Assembly: GCA_038496445.1 (NCBI GenBank)
Contig: JALMLS010000385.1
Location: 62,001 to 126,000 of the forward strand
DNA: 64,000 bases
Direction of reading: 5' to 3'
DNA from: Trichosphaerium sp. ATCC 40318
Lineage: Eukaryota > Protista > Tubulinea
Part shown: positions 39,313-52,099 of the stretch, one piece after another
Layout: each line of letters opens with the position of its first letter
Position numbering within the stretch: the stretch's first letter is position 1
Notes under the pieces: generated by a model
Told to the model about the DNA's origin: nothing
Databases searched by the model: none
What the model saw: the letters and a program-made list of their open reading frames with translations, nothing else
Made by a program: the position numbers and the translations under genes

Positions 39313-40413
39313 GATGGTTTCGGGTTTAGTTCTTTTGGTTTATCAAATACGTGGGGTTATGTGATGATGAATTTTAAGTGATTAGAATGTGATAGGGTTT
39401 TTTATTCATCCTTGGTGGCATGAATCAGTGAAACTATCTCAGTGGAATAAAAGGCAGAACAATCATATTCTTATGCTTTACGTATACCTATGGTAATAAG
39501 TACTCCTGCGTCAGAATGTGCCCTAAAGGAACGTCCCTCGGAACCCATATACCGGTAAAACTGTACTAACATTGAGAAGTTTCAACCCGACAAATACCCA
39601 AGTCTCTAAGAACGACAGAGGCAACCCATATTCAAACAACATCTCATAATGTTGCTGGGATATTTTGGTAGTTTAAACCCTGTTCATTATTCAGCAACTA
39701 ATGCTACTGATGTACGTGGTTAATGTCATTGTGGAATCACGTTTTAAGTAGGTAACATACGTTGTTAAATCACGTGTTTTGATTCTTTCACGTGATTCCT
39801 CTGACAACGTTATCAGAATCCTGTTATTACACTATTTGCAGTTTGTTGGGTAGAAGGGTTGTTGTGTTAATGTTCTTTAGATACACCGCAAAATTACATG
39901 GTGGCCAAAGCTGACACGGCTTTACTGCAAAAATTCTAACAGGTAATGCATTGGTATTGCAACAGAAGGTACAGATGGTTTACGTCAAGTTAGGCAACCG
40001 CATCACGTCATAACAGACATATTTTGGGTAGTTTTTGTTTCACCGCTTTAACGATGTAAGGCCGATATTGGCTAGACATAGTCCAACGCAAAGTACCTTC
40101 ACACGACCGTTTTACTGAGTAGCTGTCGTCCCTCTTGCGCACATCTACTATGCACCACTCACTCTAACAAAAATAGTCATATCTAAACTCCTCATGGATA
40201 TAAAAGTAATGAAGAAGGCACGCAGAGCTTAGCCCAACACTGTATCATGTTACCAATAATTGCCACAACCCTTCAAGTTATTACAAGCATCTCCTCATTG
40301 CTTCAGTTTCGATTTCTAAAATAGTTTTCAGTGAAACAGCGTTCGTCAACAGCTTGTACCTTAATAAAAGTTTATAGTCTACTAAACGCATCTGATACGC
40401 CACTGAGTAAATA

Positions 40414-42212
40414 ATGGCAAACGAACTGAGTATAATTGTTTTTGGCTCAGGAGCAGTTGGAAAATCCTCAATAACTAATTCATTCGTTGGAAACATGGCC
40501 ATAGATGACTACGACCCAACACTAGAGGATTCGTACGCGTTACAACTAAATTTAACCAACTTAGTTAACAAAAAGACATCTAGATTCGAAAAACAGATAG
40601 AACTAAACGGAAAACAGCTGATTCTGCGTATTACTGATACTGCTGGTCCGGAAGAGTTTGCATCCTTACGAGAAGAGGTAAAACTAGTGTTAACCGCACA
40701 ATCTAACGTCTGATAAACAGTACATACGCAAAGGGGATGGATTTCTGGTGGTGTACAGTATTAATAACAAAAGTACATTTGAAAACGCTCTCAAGATTTG
40801 TGAACAAATATTCAAGTACGCGCTATCTAACGCTCTAACGCAGCTGTCATGAATATTGGCGTAAACTGCTGTTCCATTTTTACCATAAATGTCAATAACA
40901 ATTAAAAACAAGAGCACGTGATTGATGGCTCGCTCCAAATACATGTTGTGCTGTTTGCATTGCTATTCTTTTAATATCTTGTTGTAAGCAAAGGAAGTGT
41001 TAAGTTTTCGCAATCTATTCTACAAGCTGATTTTGCTTCATTAGCCTTTTAAACAACTGTTAGTAGTGATTTGGAGCAGTTTGAGGCCAAAAAAGAAGGC
41101 ACTCGCAGTAACAATAAAAATGTAGCTGTATTACTTTTAAATGCTGTTTTTGGCGTTTTTGTACAGTAGAGAGCCATGTAAGAGTATTGTTACACCAAGT
41201 ATTGCTTTCCCAGTTAAGCGGGGTTTAAAAAAACCAAAACACACTCTAATAGCCCCTCATGGCATCAAATAACCACATACAAGCGTTTAACATACCTATT
41301 GCAACGATGAGACAATGTATTTCATGTAAAGCAGTAGGAGGATCAATTAAACACCTAAAACACCAAGTATTGCATTGTGTGGGCAAAAAAAAGGCAGCAG
41401 AGCTTTATTCTATGCACGACATTTTTACAAATTCAAAGAATCATAAGTTATGTATCACCTAACAAAAGAGGAGCTAAGCGTAAAATGCAAAGTGTAACCT
41501 TAAGTATACAGACGGAGAAGAGGAAATTGTTAATTTGCTGAAGGAACATTTGACTTTTATGCCAAGTGAGCTGCATCTGCTTGGGTTATGTGTAGGGCCT
41601 ATTTACAGCTAAATAAAGTAGTTTAGTAACACGGAAGGGTTTTTAAAGTATTATTTTTAGACAATGATTGTTTATTGCTCAAATACTCCATTTACGCGTA
41701 GAAATCGCCATGTAATGTAGTTTAAGCAGTTTTTATTGCTTTTATCCATTTTTATACGAGTGCCGTATTTTGCAGCATTTAAATGGTACAGCACACCTTA
41801 GCACTACTGTTTACATCCGTCTAGTACAAAACTAGCTCGTAGAATAGATTGGATAAACTTAACATTTCCTTTAGACTTTGATTTACGCGAGCACATGTTT
41901 ATTCTTTGTTGTGATTGTTAAATACTCGGCTTACAACAAACTTATTTGGTTTTTTAATACAGGCTGAAAGAAGATGAGTATCCTGCTGTAGTCCTTGTAG
42001 GAAATAAAGTAGATTTGGAAGAACAAAGAGAAGTAACAAAACAAGAAGCAGAGGACTTTGCAGAGAAACATGATATTGCTTTTTTTGAATCATCCGCCAA
42101 AACACGTGTCAATATCACTGAACAATTCTACGAAGTAGCTAGAAGAGCAATTGATGATGAGCCAACTGATTTATGTTCTGTACAAAAAAGACGTCTTTGT
42201 ATGTTAATGTGA
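40414..42212 (+). CDS. ras: Ras-family small GTPase (4 exons, one ~1.15-kb intron)
   Basis: GSGAVGKS, YDPTLEDS, DTAGPEEF, GFLVVYSI, VLVGNKVDL, ESSAK, CAAX CMLM*. Confidence 0.92.
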
Positions 42213-42526
42213 AAGACTTGAACTTACATAACTAATTACAACCTTGTGCTATATACAACTGCATTAAACTCCATGTGATCTAACACTGTTGTGGTTAAGT
42301 TGTTGAAATTGAGACAAACAAGGAACTGATGGATCTTAACGTAACATAAATCAATCATTATAAGACAGTCAATGAAATCACTTTTCAGCTCTGCACTGTA
42401 TTGCTTGTTTGTAATAGTACAAAGCACAAAATTCTGATTTATTATCAACGAGCAATACTGATGGTTCAAAAACTAAAGCAAAAAGTAAAATTCTACAAAG
42501 TTCGTTTATTTCTGTTGCTATGTACA

Positions 42527-45217
42527 TTAGAAATTGAATTCTTCAAGAATAATGTTGGCTGACGGAAATTTCAATGTTTTTAGAGACTTCTGGATAGATT
42601 CCATAAAAGCCTCTGGTCCACAAATGTAGATAATGCGACTATTAAAATCAGGGATATTGTCTTTAATCATTTGTGCATCAATCCTCCCAGTAATACCTTT
42701 CCAATTAGTTTGTGATTGTTTTGTTGTGATTGTATTGATAACTTTGATGTTCGGATTCTGTTCGTTATATTTTAATAGCTCATCCATATATATTATATCT
42801 TCTTTAGTTCTATTGGAATTAAGGAGAGCTATATCCACGTTGCTTTGCCTAAAAAGAAAGTAAAAAAAATTGGTACACCAAAAAACATGAAAAAAAGCCG
42901 TTCTTGAGACACTGAACTTTAAATTTCAGCCGAATAAACATGTATTGCATGTTAGCGCATGTCTATTGAATGGTACAAACGAAATTCTTTGACAACAATC
43001 GTATCACAACATCAAAAAAACCGATTTGATTTTTATGATCGAATTCAAAAAAAAACTTACTTTTGAACTGATTCCCGTATCATAGCCATGAACGGTGTTA
43101 TACCAACTCCACCTGCAATAAAGAGTACCTTCTTAGGCACCTCTTTTTTAGCTTCAGCATCACCAAGAGTAAAGCTACCACCAACACCGTTAAGCTTAAT
43201 CTGCATGCCTTCTTTCATATTTTCAAATAACCAATTCGATATTTTACCACCTTCTTTTCTCTTTACAGTAATAGAAACACTTGACGTTGAGACGTCCTAA
43301 CATAAAGGCTATTAGAATAACTAGTGATGATACCTTTCTTCGAGCAGTACGTACAGCTTGGGGCATAGAAATTGTCCATGTGCGGATGTATGTTTTACCA
43401 TCGACTTCAAGTTCAAAAGTAGCATACTGCCCAGCAATTCTTGGCACTACTACACGATGCCTGTCCGCGAAAGTATACGTTTTAACATCTTTTGTTTCCT
43501 GTTTTACACTTTTACAGGTAATAGTTAAAGAGCTAAGGCCACTAACACCGCCTTCAATATCTAAAGAACAATTAGCCCAAAGAAAAAGAAAAAAATAAAG
43601 TTGTATACAGTTGAGCTTTGCTCTTCAAGCTTAGAATGTAAACTATTATTGGAAGAGTATTGTATTTTCATGGTTAATCGACTTGAATTCAATCAATGGA
43701 GGACGAAAGTGTCACTCACAAAGCGACAAAAATCTCCATGAGAAAAAAAAACCAGATTTTTTTTGAAAGGTTTTAGAGGTTTTGTTGTAGTTTTTTCGTA
43801 ACGTACCAGTGATAGCAGGACAGTAAGGAGATATGCTTATGAATTTCCAGTCATATGGTACTGCACCAATAATATGGTTTACCTGTTCAACAGTGAAAAC
43901 AACAGTACGTTGAGCACCTTCATTGAAAAAGAATCAGTGTAAACACAGGAAGATATAAAACGTTTACCCGGCATTGATTTATCATCAAAATCGACAACTG
44001 TTGAACCAGAGAGTTGAAGTAAATCTCCTTTCTAAAGGTATGTCGTAAGCTCACAAAATTTTTTTCGTAATTTTTTTGAACACAAAACTTGGATGCTTGA
44101 GATGTCGTACTTCAAAGTCTATGAATAATATTCCTGTCTTAGGATTCTTCATTATATTACCAAGAGTATTGAAGAAGAAATTACCAATATAATCTGGGAA
44201 CGATATAGTTTTACTGTCACGAACCTATATCAGGTAAGAAGAAGGAAAAAAAAAAATCACGTGATTGTTTTTTCTTACTGTAACAAATCCTTTGTTTCCT
44301 CCTCTATGATTTATATCAGTACCAGAGGATCTATCTGTATTTTTTCTATCATAACTCGATGCAATATATAAGTTGTCAGACGTAGTTATTAAAGCCTGCT
44401 GGCCTTCATTCAAAGATGTTCCTTCAAGAACCTTTTCAAAAGAAATTAGTTTCAAAAAACTAAAAGGACATGACCTTACTTTTATATCTCCCTCTGGAAC
44501 ATCTTTATACGTCCAAGATCTCGCTTGAATATACTTATACATTCAATTAATCATAACAAAAACTCCATTGAACAAAGAACCATCACACTCGTACCTTTGG
44601 GCAATTTCCCAAACTTTGATCGACTTCAATATTAAATTTCTTATCATCAAGTCTTGTAACTCGCCCGTTCATTTTATTCCTTCTTCGAGTCGGAAACTCG
44701 ATTCCTTGATAAGAGGCACGATGAGATAACGCAAAATAATCAAAGTAGCGCACCCAGCAACCCAAGTTTCGCGCCGACTTTAAGATTTTTCGTCAATTTG
44801 TCATGTTTTATAGGCATGCTGTCAAAAACAAGCTCTGTGTTGCTAGGCGCATCAACCAGATCTATTGACGCATTAGCAGCGGTAATCAATGGAAAATAAA
44901 CGTGCTTGGCTTTGGAGGCATTAATGACGCCCATACTGATCCGTTATCATCTACGCTACCAATAAATAGCAGCGGTTTAGCTCCTAAAGGCGTTTTAGGA
45001 TGAAAATCGTGATATGACGTTAAAACCGTTACCTTCGCTTTGGAAAAAGTCTATATGCTGTTGAGGCATTTCTTTGCGCATTATACGATCACCGACTTTG
45101 TCCAAATACTCTTTCAATCCAAGAGTCCCTTGCATCTCCTTTTAATCGGTTAGAAAGGACTACTACATGATCACTAACTTGTTCTCCCTCATGCCAAGCG
45201 CTAGTAGTGGCCGCCAT
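42527..45217 (-). CDS. Pyridoxamine-5'-phosphate-oxidase-like split-barrel + FAD/NAD(P)H ferredoxin-reductase fusion oxidoreductase
   Basis: WHEGE, MPQQHIDFF, TRRRNKMNG, LGNCPKYIQAR, DINHRGGNKGFV, FPDYIGNFFFNTLGN; then GQYATF, RTWTIS, IAGGVGITP, YICGPEAFM, EEFNF*. Confidence 0.88.
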
Positions 45218-46493
45218 GTTGATTTGTGAGATTATACAACCTTAAATAAAATTAATAAAAAACGGGGAATAGTACTTGAAGGAGTTCCGTCAAACATCAA
45301 CTCACAATGGATTGTTTGAGATGGAAGGTTGTATCAAATTCAAACTCAGATATAGTAGTATTGGCATACAGTCCGGTAATAGAATATTACTGGACTAGTG
45401 CCTTGCGGGCAATACAGTTTTTCCTGTTAAGTTACATCTCCGCCACTTTTTCCGCACAATGTCCCTACTCTAGAATAGAGTGGGCATGTATATTTTGTAG
45501 TGCAGCAGTTCACGCTTCGTGAACCTACGTTTGTTGCCTTACAATAAATCCTCAGAAACTTTAACAATTCCATTGAAGGCGAGGATACACTGGGAAGTCC
45601 TTCTAACCTAATCAATGTGATCAGTCTCTCACACTCAGACATGTGCGTTGACTTGATACATGTTTTACCCCTGACAGGTGCAAGTCACAGATGTAGAAAC
45701 AATCAACCAGCGAACAAAAGGAAATTATAATGCTGTGAACAAATAAACTCTTGTTGACTGACTCGATATTGTTTTTAACCCCTACTCGGGGCATGACTGA
45801 ACTAAAGTTGACTCATCACAGTACGCATAACACTGCATGAGTACCACCGCACTGAGTCGCACTGAACACACGTTTTAACCTGATTGGCTAACCAAACGTG
45901 TAAAATGTACACTAGTCACGTGTTATTATTAAAAACACCCTTTGTGACTTGATCCCATTCTTAACCTTACAACTCAATAGTTGAGTATACCTAACGCCAC
46001 ATGTTGTCAGTCGATAATTGTGCCTCATTGAGTGAGTAGAGTGTACAATTTACACTGATTCACATTGTGGCAGTTGTTGGTAAACACATGATTTTAAACA
46101 ACTCAGCTTTTGCAATACTATGACTTGGGAGTTTCCTCACCAAACGATACCGACGCTTGTAGATACAACGATTAATGATTAAATTACAACACGTGCTTTT
46201 CAGTTTGTTCTAACAGAGTACCTGTTAAGCGGCATTCTTATTCAATCAGTTCAGGGCGTTTACCCTCAAGCAATAGATAGCAGATGGTTCCTCAAAAGGT
46301 CGTTCAACGAAAAACAACTTTTGAAGTGGCTTAACCATACCAGAAGCTTTCTTATGTACGGAATCGCATTGCGATACGCTCTTTATGCTCTAATATGAAC
46401 GGAAGACCGAACGAAACGTACGACAATCGAACAACAGCGCAAAAAGCCGAAAACCGCATTATTAGTCTAAATATACATTTTTCTAGTACCGAC

Positions 46494-47581
46494 ATGTACA
46501 ATGAATCGCCTAAGCCGACTAAAACAAAGAAAATATTCGAAAACACTTTAAAACAAAACCACACGCTTCAAACGCTACCAAAAGAGTTACAAATACTTAT
46601 ATGCACGTATTCAGCGGATACGTTCAAAAAATGGCACGTGTACTATCTTATCAACACGCTCAAACTCCAAAACACTTAATCCTCATTTTTGCTTTAAAAT
46701 CGCAAGGTCTCGCCCTTGTGGTACCCTACGCCAACCGATGAATTGGCGTCATGTTTTTCTTGTTTCTATAGACCCATGTTATGACCTTTAGTACGACTAG
46801 AAGTCCTTTATTGACCTGTATGTTTAGGCATACTTTATCAAAAAAAGCAGCTTTATCAACGCATTTTGATGCTTATTTAAACCGTCATGGTACATGGATA
46901 AAATGGTATAAAACAGGCTCAGTATGGAAGAATAAGTATTATAAGAATGGTATAGCTCAAGGTATCCAAAGACAATGGCATAGAAACGGTCAATTAAGTG
47001 TTGAGACACCAATGAAAGACGGACAAAGACATGGACTTTTAAAAAGTTGGCATAGTAATGGAGTACTAAGTGCAACATGTACTGATGTTAATGGTGTAAC
47101 TGAGGGTGTATCAAAGTCTTGGTATGATACAGGACAACTTGAGATTGAATGTACACTTAAAGGAGGGTTAGAGCAAGGTATATTCAAACAATGGGATATT
47201 GATGGTGCAAGTGCTACTTATGAGATGAAAGATGGTAAGATTGATGGTGTTGTTAAGAATTGGTTTTCGAATGGTAAGTTAAGGTTTGAAGGTACTTATA
47301 AGAATGATGGTGAGCATGGTGAGTGTAAGAATTGGTATGAGAATGGTTCTATTGCTTATCATTATTTTGCTGTTCATGGGTTACATCATGGTATGCATAA
47401 GCAGTGGTATAATAATGGTCAGTTATGGGTTGACGCTTCAAAGAAAAGAGGTCTTTTACACGGTGAGTATAGAGAATGGCATGATAATGGACAAATGGCT
47501 ATAAGCGCTACTTATGAAGATGGTGAGGTTGTTGGTGAGTTACAGAGATGGGATCATAACGGTGTACCTCAAGAAGAGTGA
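46494..47581 (+). CDS. F-box + MORN-variant repeat protein (2 exons)
   Basis: LQTLPKELQILICTY (F-box-like); intron ~46638-46771; about 9 repeats of the form HG..K.W..NG.L. Confidence 0.82.
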
Positions 47582-47649
47582 AAAACAATCGTTTTGTAAT
47601 TTTTTCCTTGTAAATGATTTAATTCCACTTATAACTATCTCCGTTATTA

Positions 47650-50600
47650 TTACTTCCTAACTTTGCTAGAAGGTATCCCATTACGATAATCAGGTCAATT
47701 CCTTCCATTCAGAGTAGGTATCTTTCGTTCTTCGCAGTAAGTGCTAGAAAAAAAGGTTTAGTTTTCACTATAGCTTGTGGCCTTTTACTTCGCAACAGTA
47801 ACTACTTGAGGCTTTGGTCATCGGGGCTATATCAAATGAACAACTGGCATGTTCAATAACAGTTGGTGTATTCAAGGCTTTAATTAAGTAGATTAGACAA
47901 GATTGCATCCTAGAATGCATATTTATTTACACAAAATTTTCTTTTTTTTCATATTTCTACAACACATAGCCAATAGCATTATCATCTACATTGATATTCG
48001 GTACATCAAATGCCACTGTTGATGCACGAGACTTTTCTTTATGACGTCTATTCTTAGGTCTCGGACTCTTTGCTGAAGAAAAGTGAATACCACTTGAAAA
48101 TACTCTTTTTTTGGTTCTGTACTTACGCTTTGTTGAGGCCTGTCTAGCAGTTTGTGAGCCTTTATTGAACTTCCTCTCCTTGCGTTTTACTGTAGTAGTT
48201 CTGTCAGATTCATTACCTTCAGTAGTCCTTGAACGAGGCCTTGTGAAGTGAAAACTATCAATATGTATTGACAATCGTCCTGCAAAAAACAATTAAAACT
48301 TGTCATCAAAAACTAACAAACCATTCAACATACGCCTTTTTGAGCGATCTGTAACATCTCTAGCGCTCTTAAAACCTGTTATCCATCTCCTTCGAGAATC
48401 CTCAGTAGAAGTTTGGAGTAAATAAACACGTTGTAATGGTGTTATTATCCGGATATGTCGTTCAGCTAAATGGAAATAAACAATCGTTTTTTTGATAATC
48501 GTTCAGTTTGTTAATAGTGGTGTACGTACATTCTTCTTTATATTTTATAACAGAGTCTTTTAGGTTTATCTGCTCTCTAAACATGAACTTATTCTGACCT
48601 CGCTGTGTAGTAAAAATGACAAGATCATTAAAAACATATAAGTAGTATTCTTTCCCTTCTACCACTTCATACCTAGAACAACAATCAACAACCGTACTAT
48701 CAACTAACCTCCAAAACACACGTGGTTTAAAAAAATAACATAATTTTATGCACGTGAAAGCGTATCCGTTCAACAAAGAAAGAAAACAAAAAGAAAGCAT
48801 AAAAAAAATCAACTCGGACTTACAACACGCCTTCTTTGATTAACCGCCTTCCTGGTTGTATTATATCAGCAACACCAAGAATATTTTCTTGGATACCTAT
48901 TCATTAATATGAGTTGATAATGTTTTAGCACACTTAGAAAGGACATACGGTATAAAGCTTTAATAGAAGGTGACGAATTAATAAGTCGTTCAGACTTCCT
49001 TGAATTAATATGTTGTGAGACATCTTGTATTAGTGTTAACGCTGCTTTAAGACCTTTATAGTCTCTATGAGCTTTAGAAGTGTATTCAAGCAAACTCTAT
49101 ACGAAGTACTAATCAGCAATCCGTTTAACAATCAAATCATAAAAAAATCATAAAAAAATCACAATGTAAAATGTTGGCGCTACAACACGCACATTAAGAA
49201 GCATTTTATATCTAGGAATCCTCTGAATAGGTAGAATAAGGAATGAAGATAAGTCTTGTAATTGCATTTCTGGAATATTCTCTATTTTCTACGGAATACT
49301 GTAAGTAAAGCTAAACCAACGAAAACAGGTCACCCCAAATGGAAAAAAAAAAGTACATTAACATATTGGCTGAACTTGACGTTTGACGCTTTCAAGTCAC
49401 AAACAGTCTTGAATGCAGCATTATATTGATCAATATACAAATCATATTTTTTAAAATTACTCGCCTAAGCATGCGTTAATTGGTTAACCTAACGTGAAAA
49501 TGGACAAGAAAAAAATGAGAAAAAATTAATAGGATCCGTACATTTTCTAAAAACACGTCACTAATTATAGTCGTATTGGAAGATAATACTTTACATCTTC
49601 CATGTAGTTGCGATAGCAACTTTTCATTAATAGCTAGAATAACACCAACACGGCCAAAAACAGTGTCGAATTCTTCAGGTGTCATAACTAGAAGAAAAAA
49701 ATAAGAACAAAGCACTACTTGTCAGCATAACAGGATTTATAAAATAAAAAATAACGTACTAGGTTCATCACTTTCTATAGTAGCTCCTATAGGAACCACA
49801 AAATTCTAAATAGCTCCATTAGGAAGATGAAGACTTCAAAAGCATAAAATCTACTGTAACATTTTTAGAAAAGGACATACCTTATTTAAAAGATTCAAAG
49901 ATGCTACATAGCTCTTTTCTGTATCATAAATCTCTTTAATAATATTCACACGCTTTACAGAATCATGACCTACACCCAAAATACAACAAGTGAGTCGACA
50001 GACACGACATAAAGTCAACAACTAAAAAATCAAAAAATCCAACAAACTCACGTAAGTTAGCAAGTTTACGACACGCCAGTCCTCTTCGAAAAAGACACTG
50101 AGCATTTATAACCTAAAAAGGTAAATAAACAAATTGACTCTGACACCAAAATTAAAGCAAAGAGAGGAAAATCAACAAACCTGTTCAACAGGCGTCTGCT
50201 CTGCTCTATGACGCATTTCTTGCTTCTCTAAAATTGCTTCAATATTATCAACACGATCAACCACCTAAATACTCCAAAAATAAGTTTCCAACGAACACAA
50301 TCACATGTTTGTGTCTTCCGAATTTTCGGTACAAATTGATTTGATGTTCAACAAATAACCGCCAAACAATTTAACTCTAACGTACAGAATCAAAGCGTTT
50401 GTTTAACTGGTTAAACTTAACAGTCATTACTTGAAGTATATGTTCCTCAAACTGTTCCAACTTTTCAACAAGGATACTCGCTGAAAATAAAAAAAATTAA
50501 CACGTGTTTCCCAAACCGTAATGGAAAAACTCCTGTACGTTCAATAAAAAATCATTTGATCAAATAGTGCAAATTAGAATAGAGAAGGAATTGTGAATAC

Positions 50601-51770
50601 ATGATGGAAAATTAAGGCATACCCATTGCGCTTGATACGTCACTTGAGTTTGATCTTTTTCTCGAAATTGTATTGTTATTGTGTGTTGCTGATACCCACC
50701 CTGCAGTAGATAATTGAGATGAAATAGACACTGAAGGCTCTGGCGAGTCAATCTAAAATTAATTAATTTGAGAAAATAGCATTTAACAAACCAAAGATAA
50801 AATCAAATCAAATCAAGTACCTCTATTTTAGAACTTTTTAACTTTTTCTTTTTAGATTTCTTCAACTTCGATTTTTTTGTATCTGCCTAAATAGTAACTG
50901 TTAATATCATATACTATAGTTGCGATATCAACAAAATTTATGCTAATTGATGAGAGAGCCATGAAGGCCAAAAACAGCATAAATGGGGTTTTATTGGTTT
51001 TTCAGAAAAACATAAGTTCACTTCTTCTTATGTAATGCTACTTAAATTAAAGACTGAGCAAGAAAACGTACTTCTCCAAGGCTCATAATATGTGAATCAT
51101 TTATCAACTTTGATTTTCTCTTTCCTACAATCACATAAATTGGTAACGGATGTAATTATCAAAAAACCAATAAAATCTTTTCGCTTCAAACCCTCAATTA
51201 ACAACTCATAAAATAATCTCACTTACCTTCAACTTTCTTCCTTTTACTCTTTTTAGGTCCCCTAAAACTCCAATGAATAAAAGAAGTCCAGAGTGAGTTG
51301 CAAAATGGAAAAAAAAAATCAAACTTCCAAAAAAAACAATAAGAATGCCCAGTTTGGTAGTATGTAAATCAGGACACTCAAATTGAGGTATAAAATGCTT
51401 AAAATGTGAAACAGCAACCACAGTGTAGTGTTAGGAGCTCAAAAGCAAGGAAAGAGGGGCTTCATTTAGAAAGAGTTGCCCTAATGAGAAAAAGTAGTGT
51501 GAATAGGTTTCTCTGAGCGTCAAATAGCGCATAAAGGTATTTCGGCGTTACAACAAAAAGAAGTAGTTTAAAATTCCCGTACTGATTTAGAAACCTTCCT
51601 GAACGCTCTCTTTCATCAACAATAGATCCAGTGCTGAACCCTTTCATTATTTGTTGCTTTTCAAAAAGAATTGTGGACTTTTTATCTTTAACTCGCTTTG
51701 CCACTCTATGGCTAAGAGGACGAACAAGTGGCGCCGGCAAGCTTTTTAATTCCATTCTATTCAGAGACAT
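47650..51770 (-). CDS. DH-PH Rho guanine-nucleotide exchange factor with IQ motif
   Basis: IQ-like AQCLFRRGLACR; DH RVNIIKEIYDTEKSYVASL, LSSFLILPIQRIPRYKMLL, YTSKAHRDYKGLKAAL; PH YYLYVFNDLVIFT; 3' end approximate. Confidence 0.87.
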
Positions 51771-52099
51771 TTTCCTTATTAGCAACGGTATGCGGTACTA
51801 TCGCTGAAATCGTCTTAATTCGTGTCTATAGCGGTATAAGCTAAAGAAAAGGTGTTTTTCTGCACAAAAAACGCTAGTTCACTCTAAAACAATGTAACTT
51901 ATTTTATTCTATCATCAACGTGTACGTACCTTTTATTGACAGTTATTTATAAGGTCTTTAGAACTAATGTACGCATTTGTACAAAACTTTAAACATTTGA
52001 CTCACAATTGACCAAATTGAAGATCATTCAGCCAAAAATTCGCTAAACTCAGCGTGGAACTCATGAAGACGTTGAGTAATCGCTAAAAAACTTGTAGAA

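Noticed and set aside
45898-46055. 16-bp inverted repeat GTGTAAA.TGTACACT
   Set aside because: Short, no target duplication and no second copy seen; insufficient for a mobile-element call.
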